A DNA stretch of 64,000 nucleotides from Balanoglossus misakiensis (taxonomy: Eukaryota > Animalia > Hemichordata), in the NCBI GenBank assembly GCA_040954595.2, contig CM082593.2, positions 11,235,477 through 11,299,476 of the forward strand, in the 5' to 3' direction. The stretch's first letter is position 1; each line of letters starts with the position of its first letter. The notes under the pieces are model-generated. The model saw nothing but the letters and a program-made list of their open reading frames with translations. It did no database searches and was not told the DNA's origin. This document shows positions 12,801 to 23,255 of the stretch, piece after piece. The position numbers and the translations under genes are program-made.

Positions 12801-13267
12801 AAAAGTTATTCTACTATATTCATGGAAGACTGCGACAAATCAAACAGTCATCAACTCAATCACCATTTGGAAATGTTTGTGTCATTGCTGTGGGTGACTT
12901 TTATCAACTTCCACCTGTGAAAGGAAGTCCACTGTGTGTAGACATTGAATCAACCAATCTGTGGAATGATAATTTCAGTATCATAGAACTAACAGAAATA
13001 ATGAGACAGAAGGACTGTGCATTTGCAGAGGCACTAAATCGGGTAAGAGTTCATAAAAAAGGAGACACACTAAATCCTGGTGATGTGGCAATGTTTCAAA
13101 AGTGTGTTACTGGTGAAACATCTGAGGCAATGCATCTTTTTGCTACAAATGCAGAGGTTAATAGCTGTAATGTTGAAATGCTTCATTCTCAATGTTCTGA
13201 TTCTATGTGTATTGAAGCAGAGGATTTTAGTCGGAATCCAAAAACTGGAAGATTAGAAAAAAGGTAG
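6878..13267 (+). CDS. Helentron Rep/Helicase polyprotein, N-terminal part: OTU protease, Cys-rich Zn finger, HUH/Y2 Rep, PIF1 helicase
   Basis: OTU motifs IIGDGNCYFRSLS, WATETEI, NHYEVV; CVCSVCHR..CHTCH; Rep RVEFQQRGSPHTHCLFW and YIVSYISK; helicase GGAGTGKS, IIDEISMV, VGDFYQLPPV, LTEIMRQKD. ATG directly follows a splice acceptor (tttcttccag|ATG). Confidence 0.95.
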   Translation: MPRSRYWRKKRSQKKEDPVLSQNRSDGEEPVLLKNRSTEIDTEESVLLKNRNTQIVTEESVLLKNRNTEIVTEESVLSKNKNTDVVTEESVLLKNRNTEIVTEESVLLKNRNTEIATEESVLSKNRSTDVDIIRKSDSLKANKGTKVNNDIFETGDQCVENDSSDDLYIGSGTGDSVYSFSPLTSDVCVQLCCKFDIVDKNNIDIFNKLGSVTIGEPCKYRSIIGDGNCYFRSLSYCISGTERNHGVIRTAIVNHLKANEEVYLGWVRLDGYTSVADYIEKSRMDRLGTWATETEILATTNLFNVNIFVYSFDSWWKHSCNVINKNNVDRGVGIYLNHRNRNHYEVVECVKTPQLETCHCTHIDCNEVVPVEIVTGECMDVTDDGSSTHIGLKKEFNLDEVFATHGELQCLEPVRGKKRGRAMSERLKKNLRREKYGSEKTKLNKLNVCNIVKRCKAAKQYERYQTNSEYRSNIKLDSRKRYHEDVLYREEKKRRLTGRYSCDLIFREAQKTLCSEQCVAKYKNNPLYREQKKRRSAAQCVDKYKNDEKFREHKKSQCAAQCVDKYKKDEKFREHKKSQCAAQYVDKYKKDEKFRERKKSQNAAQCLDKYKKNEKFRERKKSQNAAQCLDKYKKNEKFRERKKSQNAAQYVDKYKKNEKFRERKKSQNAAQYVDKYKKDEKFRERKKSQNAAQYVDKYKKDEKFRERKKSQSAAQCVDKYRKDKQFQRRQRKRCLERYQQDQHYKEIVLERSRIEGKVKKMKKQNIEDVIIDFRNQTSVGPNCVCSVCHRRLFRKQVLVCNMDKYVSRNVFCEMNAKKCITEDYVHNCSKLCIVDCPLKSSAASKLWICHTCHSKLLRAEMPVQAAANNLDVKPIPNELKCLNSLEQHLIALHIPFMKMMALPRGGQNGVHGPVVCVPSNIEKTTSILPRGELDDQMIKVKLKRKLSYKGCYQYQFVNKGHIQNALEYLQKNNTWYSDVKFNLAWENTLEKTEENIDAEGNENTVDKTSDTERNDVASDTEGGIEPDKDTDGIFMDTCFQPVDIGQDILDYHFDDIACVAPGEDNKPVRVLMEKFNEAKCFPVIFPTGSPTFYDDREVKITIGRYLQSRLMNASNRFAKSTDYIFYAQYRSELDQVVSNVSIALRKGTANACGKKVTSDVLTDGDSLREILKCDEGYKFLKPVRGTPPYWQAAQKDIFAMIRQLGIPTWFCSFSAADLRWREVLETILREEGDTRNAEDLDWSEKCGILRRNPVTAARMFDHRFHCFLTEVIMSPASPIGKIKDYFYRVEFQQRGSPHTHCLFWVENAPKVDKDSDEDVVDFVDKYVTCEMPSIEEDEVLHEIVKTVQKHSSRHSKSCKKKGTTCRFNFPRPPSNKTFVCHPSVSIDTGTEMTNDEECKNAKVTTPVENEFETDLPHLDDTALGEKRARQILERVWTCLCDKEQHIDTIDELFNAVGISQEMFEQANAILAKKTSVVLKREPSDVWVNQYNANLLRCWNANMDIQFVVDAYACVVYIVSYISKAEREMGLLLEHAQKEANKEGNMDAKSAMKELGGVYLHNREISAQEAVYRVCGLKLKQSSRKVQFIPTGENQIKMSLPLAIIQKKMKGVDLDEDEIWMNSIVDRYKNRPNGEDFDNMCLATFCSEYRVVSKSEMKNVSNDKRHSPIVKLKNNVGYMQKRSRSDGAVVRYARFSVTKCPEKHYGSILQLFLPYRTESQLKPSGFESYEDFYCLGAVKCGSASLEKVKMIVDANKALFETEADAIDAAGQFLDENGHLEDAWAQICPENELERLECIEEGKKCCDDDPVDDSDIPDLVKKPKGDDCHVELSNSMKKYEVETLCRSLNKKQAEVFYTVRKWCLDKSNGKNPEPFYLFVTGGAGTGKSHLIKSIYHEAKRILARAMPDVDGISIALTAPTGVAAFNIQGTTLHHIFSIAVDSKLPYQPLREEKLNTLRCKFGNLQILIIDEISMVDKKLFYYIHGRLRQIKQSSTQSPFGNVCVIAVGDFYQLPPVKGSPLCVDIESTNLWNDNFSIIELTEIMRQKDCAFAEALNRVRVHKKGDTLNPGDVAMFQKCVTGETSEAMHLFATNAEVNSCNVEMLHSQCSDSMCIEAEDFSRNPKTGRLEKR
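6958..7270 (+). repeat. Coding 45-bp (15-aa) tandem repeat, 7 copies
   Basis: EESVLLKNRNTEIVT-type units in the Helentron ORF N-terminus. Confidence 0.95.
8483..9034 (+). repeat. Coding 66-bp (22-aa) tandem repeat, ~8 copies plus degenerate flanks
   Basis: DKYKKDEKFRERKKSQNAAQYV-type units; gagaagttccgagaac recurs every 66 bp. Confidence 0.95.
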
Positions 13268-14487
13268 ATCATCATGTCAAAGTGTACAGGACGACGTTGC
13301 CAAAGACTCTCACTCTAGCTGTTGGTGCACGAGTACAACTGACACATAATATTGATGTGGCTGATGGTTTGGTGAATGGCGTATTTGGCACAGTATGTCA
13401 CATTGCAGTAAAACCCAATAAAAAATTCCCAGCTGCCATTTATGTTGTATTTGATAATGAGAAAGTTGGCCAAGGATTGCGTAAAAAGAAGTTTACATCT
13501 GACCTCCCAGTAAACAGTACCCCTATAGAACCCCAGGAAATGTCTGTTGCAAGTAATGGTGGTATTAGGAAACAGTTTCCTTTAAAACTAGCTTGGGCAT
13601 GTACAGTGCATAAGGTACAGGGATTGACAGTTGATAAAGCTGTTGTTAGTTTAAAGAAGATGTTTGCACCAGGACAGGCATATGTGGCATTGAGTCGGGT
13701 GACATCATTAGATGGTCTCATTATTAATGACTTTAACAAATCATCCATATATTGCAATGAAAAAGTACAAGAAGCACTGGAAACAATGCCAAAGTTTCTT
13801 CCCAAGTGTACTCAGACAGAACAGAGTAATTACAAGTGCTCATTTGCATTGCATAATGTTGAGGGACTTGTCAATCATATTAAAGATATTTGCAATGACA
13901 GTGAATTCTTGGAAGCAGACTTCATTTGTTTGACGGAGACATGGTTATCTGAAAAAGGAACACAATGTAATTTGCAATTGAGCGGATTCGAATTCAATCA
14001 CCAACCTCGATCTCAATCCTACAATCAATTTGATACAAATACATCAAGTCTACAGTTGCAACAGCGGGGTGGTGTTGGAGTCTATAGCAAACTATGTAGT
14101 GATTTTGAAATTTTGCATTTGGGTGTGTGTAATTTGGAATGTATTTCATTTTATGTCACTAAAATCAATGTTACAGTAGCTGTAGTTTACAGACCACCAT
14201 CATACAAAGCAGAGGTATTCAAAAGTAGTTTGGTTTGTTTGGTGAAAGCAATGGAAAAATACCCAGGAGGCAAACTGATCATGGGTGATTTCAATGAAGA
14301 TATCTTGACCCGGTCATCACTTGTAAAGTTCATGGAAGATCATGGTTTCAGACAAACTGTAAGCGAACCAACTACAGAAGCTAATACATTGATTGATCAT
14401 GTGTATGTGAAAGGAATAGAAAATGTCTTAGTAAATGTTGTACCAAAATACTTCAGCTTTCATGAAGCAATAAGCATCAAAATATAA
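13264..14487 (+). CDS. C-terminal part of the same polyprotein (end of PIF1 helicase + APE-type endonuclease), after a frameshift
   Basis: QFPLKLAWACTVHKVQGLT and GQAYVALSRVTSLDGL (helicase); HNVEGL, CLTETWL, VYRPP, MGDFNED, TLIDHVYV, YFSFH (APE/EEP). One extra A in the A6 run 13257-13262 joins both ORFs (..LEKKVDHHVKVYRTTLP..). Confidence 0.92.
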   Translation, partial: VDHHVKVYRTTLPKTLTLAVGARVQLTHNIDVADGLVNGVFGTVCHIAVKPNKKFPAAIYVVFDNEKVGQGLRKKKFTSDLPVNSTPIEPQEMSVASNGGIRKQFPLKLAWACTVHKVQGLTVDKAVVSLKKMFAPGQAYVALSRVTSLDGLIINDFNKSSIYCNEKVQEALETMPKFLPKCTQTEQSNYKCSFALHNVEGLVNHIKDICNDSEFLEADFICLTETWLSEKGTQCNLQLSGFEFNHQPRSQSYNQFDTNTSSLQLQQRGGVGVYSKLCSDFEILHLGVCNLECISFYVTKINVTVAVVYRPPSYKAEVFKSSLVCLVKAMEKYPGGKLIMGDFNEDILTRSSLVKFMEDHGFRQTVSEPTTEANTLIDHVYVKGIENVLVNVVPKYFSFHEAISIKI

Positions 14488-14568
14488 AAATTGACATTTG
14501 TAGGATAAACCTCATTCAGGTACATGATTCAATAATGGCCTTTGTTACGGAAAAGTTGAGTGATGGTA

Positions 14569-14726
14569 CCAGACCTTGTTGCTTCACCAAGGCAAAGTGT
14601 GTGCTTCTGGTGGTACGACATGACCGGGCAAGTGATCTGATTGGCGGGCGACTTGTACTTGTCGCTGCGCTCCTTGCCTGGTCATACTGCCAGAAGCACA
14701 CTAGGGTGCACAGCAATGAGGTCTGG
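14569..14726 (+). other. Long imperfect hairpin downstream of the Helentron stop codon
   Basis: Nested pairings ccagacct/aggtctgg, tgttgct/agcaatg, cacc/ggtg, gtgtgcttctgg/ccagaagcacac, atgaccgggcaag/cttgcctggtcat, gcgac/gtcgc. Confidence 0.75.
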
Positions 14727-15485
14727 GAGTGAGACTAGATAAAAGCAAAACTACCAAGCAAGAGTTTAATGTACTTATACTGGCTCCTATGGTAATCAAT
14801 GTTCAATTGAAATACTTTATGGTCAACAACAGTTCTGAAAATGGTCTTCAGGCTGATTAATCAGAAATAAATTCAGGATTTCACATTTTGTTAACAATCT
14901 ATACATACACACAAAAAGAGAACATGATGAAAATCACATCTGCAGCATTGGATAGAACTAAGGAAGGATGCAACTTGAATTTAAAATAGATACCGGTCTT
15001 GGGAAAAATGTTTTTCTAAGCAATTGTTTCCTGGTAAATCAAATTCTGTCCATGATAAATTTTGAAGTGGGTGTTCTGGATTTGCAAAAATATTATGTGC
15101 ATATCGTTAAACTGCCTTATCGTACTTATATGCCAGAGAATTATGACAGCAGCCAATAACTTTCCCTGCAATACTCATAATATGAGAAAGCTGAAATCAA
15201 CATTTCACATAACATGTATTTACCAAACCTCAAAATAATAATTACCATCAGAATGCTTTCGATAAGGTAATGGTAAGGTAACAATACAACAACTGCAAAA
15301 ATTCGAAACTAAATAATTCGGAAAACGTGACGTGACTAATACAGATTTTATTAATTGTGAAAGGTGGTGGGAAATCATAAATAAAGTTGTGATGAACTTT
15401 ATGCATCAAATGGTCCCGCCCTTATAGTAGTGTCATTATTTCTAATTTGCTTCCGTTACATTATATCTATGGATATATTTATCGA

Positions 15486-15640
15486 TGCATGCATGCATGC
15501 ATGCATACCGGTATATACCTGTATGTATGTATGTATGTATGTATGTATGTATGTATGTATGTATGTATGTATGTATGTATGTATGTATGTGTGTATGTAT
15601 GTATGTATGTATGTATGTATGTATGTATGTATGTATGTAC
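15486..15640. repeat. (TATG)n/(TGCA)n microsatellite
   Basis: Direct inspection. Confidence 0.98.
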
Positions 15641-17129
15641 CTATTGGTATTTTAAAAGTATATAATTATGTAAAATCTATATAAAATAGGTCAAGTACTT
15701 TTAGGGCAGTTTAGATTATTTTGTTCAAAAGATCTTTTTTTTCTCCCAAAGTGTCACTATTGGTTTGCTACCCAAATAGGATGTATTTACAATATAATAT
15801 TACTGTATCATAAGCTATTAATTTGGTATTGTATGAACATTTCTCTGCTGTTTCAATATGCAGGCTCAGCATAGACTTCATCATTCCTTTAAGTTTGCAT
15901 TTAATTTTTGTCAAAGATACATAAGATACTGTATTTTGAACATGTTATTATTATTATGAATTTTTAGTCAAGATATTTATCCTCATCAAGAAATAAATAG
16001 ACAAGTTTTAAACGTGTCTTGGACATTTTGAGTGAAGATAGATATTATCATTATAAAATTAACAGTAATCTTTGAAAATGTCAAGTTTCTTATCAAACAT
16101 GGTTGTAATCATCAACAATTTTAGAACAATTAGTATAAATTTTGAGTCAATATAGTGTATGTTTGAAATGGTAATTTTTATTCTCAAAGAAGATTATGTC
16201 TGTTGAGTATTTTATGTCAACATAGTTGCTTTTGTTAGAACATTACTAAAATTTATTGTCAAACATGCTTTTGTCTATTGAATATATCATGACAGATATT
16301 TATTTTGAGTCAAGACTTTTGCTTCTATTAGAACACAGATTCAGATATTTGGTGTTGAAAATTGTACACTTCATATAAATGTTAACTTCAAATGTACAAT
16401 GAAGAATGAAAGATTGTGTTACCGTACAAAGATGGAACTATTATCATGATTTAATTGGCATTCATGATTTAATCCTATGAATGGTATTTCAATCCAACGT
16501 TAATATTTCCAGTTGACAGGAATACAGCAATGTATTTTTATGTTCGGCTTATGGTGAAAAAGCCTTATTATCATGCTAGTGTGTTTTCACATCTGTACTG
16601 AATAGTGCATCGAGGGCTAGCATCAGATGTATATAGAGTGTGGAAACCGTGTATTTTAACAATGGGATGTACACTGCATCATCGGCTCTGTGAACTTTGA
16701 ACCAAACAAAACCTCATCCACATGTGACAAAATTAACTTGATCACTATCACAAGATTGTGTGTCTGAGACCATAACTGACTATTACAGGATGGTGAGTGT
16801 GACACATGGACATGGGCCACAATGATGTGCTCTTCACCAAGCTCAACCATTTCCCATGAATGTTAGGAATGACATTCTGTTACTGGACTATTTCTGTTAT
16901 AGGACGAATAGATTAGAATAATGTTGTCTTCATCCTCCATGGGAATTGTTTTATAACCTATCGAGTTATCAACATAAATAGAAATTTGACAAATATTTAC
17001 ACATAGAAATAACTATTATTTATACATGTTGTTATGTAACTTAATTACATTGTATGTGTGGACCTTGCTTTAGTAATTGTTATTTATTGAAGCCAACAGT
17101 AGTCAGCACGCAATATAGTCTTGTAAAAG

Positions 17130-18083
17130 ATTCTAAGAGCCAATGATTATTGAGAACTGTGTAAGTGAAATTCGCCAGTGGATGTATGATAACATGCTTA
17201 TCCTTAACGATAGTAAGACCGAAGTTATTAGATTCTCTTCTAAGTTTGCTCATAGGGATCGACCACGAGAGTGTGATGTACAAGTCGGGGATATCAGCGT
17301 CCATTCATCACCTACATTGATTGACCTCGGTGTCACATTTGATGTTTCGATGACCATGACATCACGTTTCCAGTTTGTGTAAATCAGCGTCGACGTCTTT
17401 TGCTTTGTGGAGGATTAGTATAAAAAATCCGGAATTGTCTAGACCAAGAATCAACTGGAAAACTTGTGCTTTTGTAACTTCTAGGTTAGAATATTGTAAC
17501 AGCCTTCTTTATGGTCTGCCAAATTATCAAATCAATAAGTTACAGTCTATTCAGAATGCTGCTGCACGTTTAGTCACTAAAAGCAGGAAAAGAGAACATA
17601 TTACACCACTACTTAAGAGATTGAACTGGCTTCCTATACAGAAACGGATTGATTTTAAAAATCTTTGTTTAACCTACAAAGTTTTAAATAATATGGCTCC
17701 GTCGTACCTGAATGAGCTCATAAGTGTTCGTTCTTCTGTCTGTAACCTTCGTTCTACAACTGATTGTTCTTTTATTCTTGATCATCCCAACGTTAACACA
17801 CTCTTTTATGGTGACAGGTCATTCTCTATAGGAGCACCACGGTTGTGGAACAAGCTACCGGTTCCACTGCGTAGCAGTGAGAGTTTTAATTGTTTTTTAA
17901 TCAAACCTTAAAAGGTTTTTATTCAGGGACTGACTTTTTATCCAATATTTAACCATTGTCTATTTTATTATATATTTTTAGTGTTTTACTTGTCTTTGTA
18001 TTTTTAAGCAGCTATGTACAGCACTTTTGGATGTCTTTTTACATGGAAAGCGTTTTTTAAGAATTAAATATTATTATTATTAT
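17130..18083 (+). mobile_element. 5'-truncated, frameshifted L2/CR1-group LINE
   Basis: RT C-terminus WMYDNMLILNDSKTEVI, AFVTSRLEYCNSLLYGLP, HITPLLKRLNWLPI, YGDRSFSIGAPRLWNKLP; (ATT)n tail at ~18069-18083. Confidence 0.9.
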
Positions 18084-18449
18084 GAATACTTAATTTATTC
18101 ATTATTCTGCCTGGCGATTGACAGTAAAACCATGATCTTTATATGTTTCAATATAAATGTGCAATTGGGTAGCAGGTGAATTGTGGGTAGCTAATTGTGT
18201 TTCATCATGCATTTGTTAAAAACTATGGACACTTCTATTCTGTGTTTTTGCAATAACCACAAAGACCTATAGTGCTGTCAACCTTATATTTGTTTCAGAT
18301 GTATAACCTGTCATCAGCTCAATCATTGCTTTTTTGTCAGAAGCCTTTCACTTAAGTCATATCTTTATTTTAGTGCACATTATAGGTCGCTGACCACTTA
18401 AGACAATTTTTGTGTCTGATTTCATTTTTTCTTTGTACTCTGAGTGTAA

Positions 18450-20514
18450 AATATATCAGGTTTGGCAGGTGCCCTTGATCCCATGATACGGAAAGGTAGG
18501 TCTATCAGGTGTTTTATCTCATGAAATATCGAGGTTGTATCTATGTTTGGTGCTGATATAGAATAAAGTAAATAAAAGGTTACCGAAAGGTCAACCAAAA
18601 TTTTGTCAAAAAAATACATCCCTATCTGGTCCATGTCAAACAACAACCATACTTCTACCTCTATTAGTAAGCCTGGAATTAGGTATGCACATACTTAATG
18701 AGTTAGGTGTAAGAATCCAGTAGGTGTTCCAACACTACAAATGCCAAAGCTGGACACTGCGATATTGGAAAGTAGGTCAGAGGTAACTCAAAATTTAGGC
18801 AAAAAATTTGAAACCATATTGGTCCATGTCCAACAGAAACCAAACCTATCGCCCTCTCTATTGGTTAGTCTGGAATTATATATGTGCATAATTAATGAGG
18901 TAAGATGAAAGACTCCAAAAGGTGTTCAATCCCTCCAAATACCAAGGCTGTATCTGCTCTGGCTGCCGATATATGGGAAAGTAGGTCAAAGGTCACCTGC
19001 GGTCACCCTATTTTTGGCCCAAATTTTTTGACCCCATACTAGTAATGGAAAGTGTCCAACAAAAACCAAACGTCTAGCCCTATTGGTTCACCGGGCATTA
19101 ATGTCAATAATTAATGAGGTCACTTGTGAGAAACCCAGTCTGTATCTGCTCTGGATACCGAGATATGAAAAAGTAGGTCAAAGGTCACCTAAAATTTGGG
19201 CAACATTTTTTGACCCCATACTAGTCCATGTCCAACAAAAACCAAAACTCTAGCTCTATTGGTTCGCCTGTAATTAGGTATGTGCATATTTAATGAGGTC
19301 AGCAGGTGTTACAGGTGACCCAAAAATGTGGCTTTACATTATGGTCCCATCCTACCAAATGCCATGGCTGTATCTGCTCTGGATGCTGAGATATGCGAAA
19401 GTAGGTCAAAGGTCACCAGAGGTCACCCAACATTTGGGCAAAAAATTTTGATCCCATACTGGTCCATGTCCAACAAAAACCAAACTTCTAGCTCTATTGG
19501 TTCGCCTGTAATTAGCTATGCACATAATTAATGAGGTCAGCAGAGGTCAAAGGGGTCATGAAAAGTAGCAAAATATTTTGATCACACACTAATCCACATT
19601 CATCAAAAACTAAACCTCTAGCCCTATAGGTTAGCCTGGAAATAGATATGCAGAAATAATAATGCGTGATAAGTAGGTCAAAGGTCATGTGAAAAATCGC
19701 CAAAAAATTGTAACATATTTTACTCACATGACGATTGATATCCATAAAATGAATTTGTATGCTATCAATTTTTAGACTAGAAAAAGGAATTTCAAATTTT
19801 CACTGCTTTTTACAAAATCCAATATGGCCGCCATAATCTTCGACCAATCACAATGCTCTTTGCAAACTTGATAGACATCAGTGTAGTAACCATACTCCCC
19901 GAATCTTGCAACTCAGTCATTGCCCGTTCTGGAGAAAAAGATTTCTGGAGTTTAACTATGGTTTTTCGAAAATCCAATATGGCCGCCATAATCTTCGATC
20001 AATCACAATGATCTTCGCAAACTTGATAGACATCAGTTAGGTGACCACATACCCTAAACCGTGTGTCTCGGTTATCACCGGTTCTGGAGAAGAAGATTTT
20101 TGAAATTTAAGCCAGATTTCAGAAAAAAAATTGTAGCAAAAAAACTGCAACATTGACAGCAAAATTTCCAATTACAAAAATGATGGGCAGAAGGTAGTCT
20201 ACCTGCATGCCAAATTTGAAGTCGATCTGACTTGTAGTTTCTGAGATCTGAGATTTGCATTTTTTCAGAAAATCCAATATGGCCGCCAGGTCACGTGACT
20301 AATTAAGAATTCACAAATCACTGCACATCTACTCATTGACCTTGACCACTGTGGCAAGTTTGAGCAGTGTACCTGCAGTAGTTTCTGAGATTTAGTTGGC
20401 CGAAGAATTGACACAAGAATAAAGAAAGAAAGAAAGAAAGAAAGAAAGCAAGCAAGAAAGAAAAATTCCAACGAAACCAATAGGGCCCAAGCGCTTGCGT
20501 GCGCTTGGGCCCTA
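18450..20514 (-). mobile_element. HINE/DINE-1-like element, copy 3, with intact palindromic end
   Basis: Perfect 14-bp hairpin tagggcccaagcgc-ttgcgt-gcgcttgggcccta (20481-20514) next to a (GAAA)n microsatellite; ~5 internal subrepeats; other end decayed. Confidence 0.8.
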
Positions 20515-21235
20515 ATTAAAGCTGCGAGCAGCATTGTTGGGCCCAAGCGCTGATCTTGAATTATATATGCAAAGTATGAATGAGAAGAAACAGAATTTTC
20601 TATCGGATGTATTATCTCATGACATAACAATGATGTGTGTATTTTTGCTGCTGAAATAGGGTGAAGTAGGTCAAAGGTCACCTGAGGTCACCCAACATTT
20701 GGGCAATTTTTTTTTACCCATACTGGTCCATGTCCAACAAAAACCAAAACTCTAGCTCTATTGGTTCGCCTGTAATTAGGTATGTGCATAATTAATGAGG
20801 TCAGCAGAGGTCGAAGGGGTCATGAAAAGTAGCAAAATATTTTGATCACACACTAATCCACATTCATCAAAAACCAAACCTCTAGCCCTATAGGTTAGCC
20901 TGGAATTAGATATGCAGAAATAATAACGCGTGATAATTAGGTCAAAGGTCATGTGAAAAATCGCCAAAAAATTGTTATATATTTTAGTCACATGACAATT
21001 GATATCCATAAAAAGAATTTGTATGCTATCAATTTTTGGACTAGAAAAAGGAATTTCAATTTTTCTCTGTTTTTTACAAAATCCAATATGGCCACCATAA
21101 TCTTCGACCAATCACAATGCTCTTTGCAAACTTGATAGACATCAGTGTAGTGACCATACTCCCCGAATCTTGCGACTCAGTCATCGCTCGTTCTGGAGAA
21201 GAAGATTTTTGGAGTTTAACTATGGTTTTACAAAA
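20515..21235 (-). mobile_element. HINE/DINE-1-like element, copy 4 (truncated), head-to-tail with copy 3
   Basis: ttaaagctgcgagcagc hairpin plus subTIR gggcccaagcgc (20539-20550), immediately after the copy-3 palindrome. Confidence 0.75.
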
Positions 21236-21242
21236 AAACAAT

Positions 21243-23255
21243 AAACCCGCTGTACCTCCGCATGTCTCCACAAGAGCTAGGAGCTCAAAATCGGTCGGAC
21301 GCAGACCAGCGGTCTGTCAGGTGTAGTAACCGTAACACCAATAAAGGTAGGTTTTCATTGATTCTAATAGGTCTCCGTTCATCAACATTTCAAATATTCT
21401 CCATAATCCAGTAGTTGCCACTGTACTTGAATGAAATATTTCCTTTCAAACTTCCAAATGGTAACCGAATCTCAAATCGCAAATCTTTCCATTTTAATAA
21501 CGAAGTCGGATGCCGAAATTACCAACTCACTTTTTCTATCGGACTCCATCATTCTAATACTTTACTTCAATGTTCAAAAATTGTGTAAAACAATATCCAC
21601 TCTCAATCTATATTTCAGGTTTAACGGCGTAATGGCATCCCCGGCCTTTGCTCTATCATAGAGGCAAATGGTATTATCTCTTCCAGTGGAAGAGTTGCGG
21701 AGCTGTACGTATTCTCCCTTCTATAATCTGTTCAGCCACTTCGGATTTTCTTTCCAGAATTTAAGTTCCAGAACGTTGCCATCGTGCTGCATACAAGGCA
21801 CGCTAAACAGTTTCCCGTTGGCGGAATTCCGGATCTCGACATCCTCCATGACGCGCAATTTCACAGCCATGCCTTGGCTGGTTGCAGATGATGGAGCTAA
21901 GGTACGTAACAATCGCACCCCGAAACGCCTGGGCCCTTTTTTGTGTGTAGTCATTGTGGGTATGTTAACCTCCCATGTCCTTCCTTTTTAGAAATTTAGT
22001 ATACAAAACTGGATGACCGATTATGTTTTAGAGACCTTTCCCGAATCCACCTGAAGCCCAGTCGGAATGTCTTGGGATGTAACCTAAATTCAATATGGCC
22101 GCCTCCATGCGTTCACTTGCATTTGAAAATACGTTGATTTTATCGTCGATTAGCGGTGTTTATTCTCAGTATCAATTTAAACGCGGCACTCGCTCACAAG
22201 TCATATTCTAGAAAGAAAGAAAAAATGATAGTTTCGAGTACAGATTACATGTATTTTAAAACGAGGTTTGGTAACAATGGTATCACTACTAAATGACTTA
22301 CAATCGATGTTTTTAATTGTCTTTGCACCACAGTATGAATCCGGTGATGGTAAATCGCATTCAACTTAGAAGGCATGGAGAAAGCGCAACTGATGGTAAC
22401 TGGGATGCCAAACTGAAACTTTTGGGAGAGAAAACCTTGCCATGTACGGACGTGGGTGTCACAGTTAAACTTGGGTTAAATACTACAGCGACAACCGAAG
22501 TCCCGTTGAGATATGATATGTGGTAGTGCATGTCCACATGAGTGCCGTGTACTAGCCTCTCTCTCTGTAAATCCATCCAGGCTACTGCTTTCTGTACATT
22601 GGAGAGAAATGAGAACAAGATGGTTAAATCATATTTTGTATAAGATGGTGTTGACGAAAATAAGATGCATGTGAATTGTAGGACTGAAATGTTTCTGTAA
22701 TGAATACTAAATTAAAAGTTCACAACTTGCATGCAGATAGTAAGTGCTGGGGAAGTTGCAGGGTGGAGATTGCTTTGGTTTAGTTAACTTACTCAATCTT
22801 TGTGACTGTTGCATTTCTTGATTGATAGAGTAGTGTACATGCATTGGTAGGTTTTCTAATATGGCCTCCTCTGTACCCAAGGTCTGGCATAAGGTGGGAC
22901 ACTGTAAGTATTTGCCGTCTGACACAGAAGATGCCACTTCTAGAAAAAAATAAGAAGGATGTGATTGGTAAGACACAGAGACGTGAACATGTACACAAAA
23001 TGATAGGAAATTGGTGGAAGCAAGTACTGCAGTTAATACTTACTCATCTATGTCTATTCCCTCAAATATCCCTTCTACCATATCATCACCATTTGGTTCT
23101 TTTAACACCTTAGGGAAAAATTGAGAGTTACATTAGAAGCACCGACAATAGGAGGGGGGGGGGGTAAGGTTTGCAGAGAACAAGTTTTTTTTATGAACAT
23201 TTGTGAAAATCAGAAATTAGTGACATGTAGGATTTCAATTTTATGATGTAACATT
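21243..23255 (+). pseudogene. Rearranged copy of the spliced OB-fold (RPA-like) gene, with two internal inversions
   Basis: Leader and intron match 50985-51385; exon 1 is inverted (~21646-21885); degenerate exon 2 at ~22334-22506 (ATDGNWDAKLKLLGEKTLPCTDVGVTVKL); later exon-like pieces (VLKEPNGDDMVEGIFEGIDID; EVASSVSDGKYLQCP) lie in inverted block ~22513-23255. Confidence 0.7.

Larger units (their letters stand above)
3174..14900 (+). mobile_element. Autonomous-type Helentron (Helitron group 2 with endonuclease); termini not resolved
   Basis: Contains the OTU-Rep-PIF1-APE ORF, an upstream spliced leader and an AATAAA near 14866; bounded on both sides by HINE-like elements. Confidence 0.85.

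Noticed and set aside
13250-13285. Programmed -1 ribosomal frameshift in the Helentron ORF
   Set aside because: In-frame heptamer A-AAA-AGG does not fit X-XXY-YYZ, and the break lies inside the helicase; a homopolymer indel is simpler.
14620-14690. SECIS element in the 3' hairpin
   Set aside because: The ATGA pairs Watson-Crick with TCAT rather than forming a GA quartet, and the ORF has no in-frame TGA.
16640-16960. Exon-like minus-strand segment
   Set aside because: Interrupted frames and no recognisable motif.
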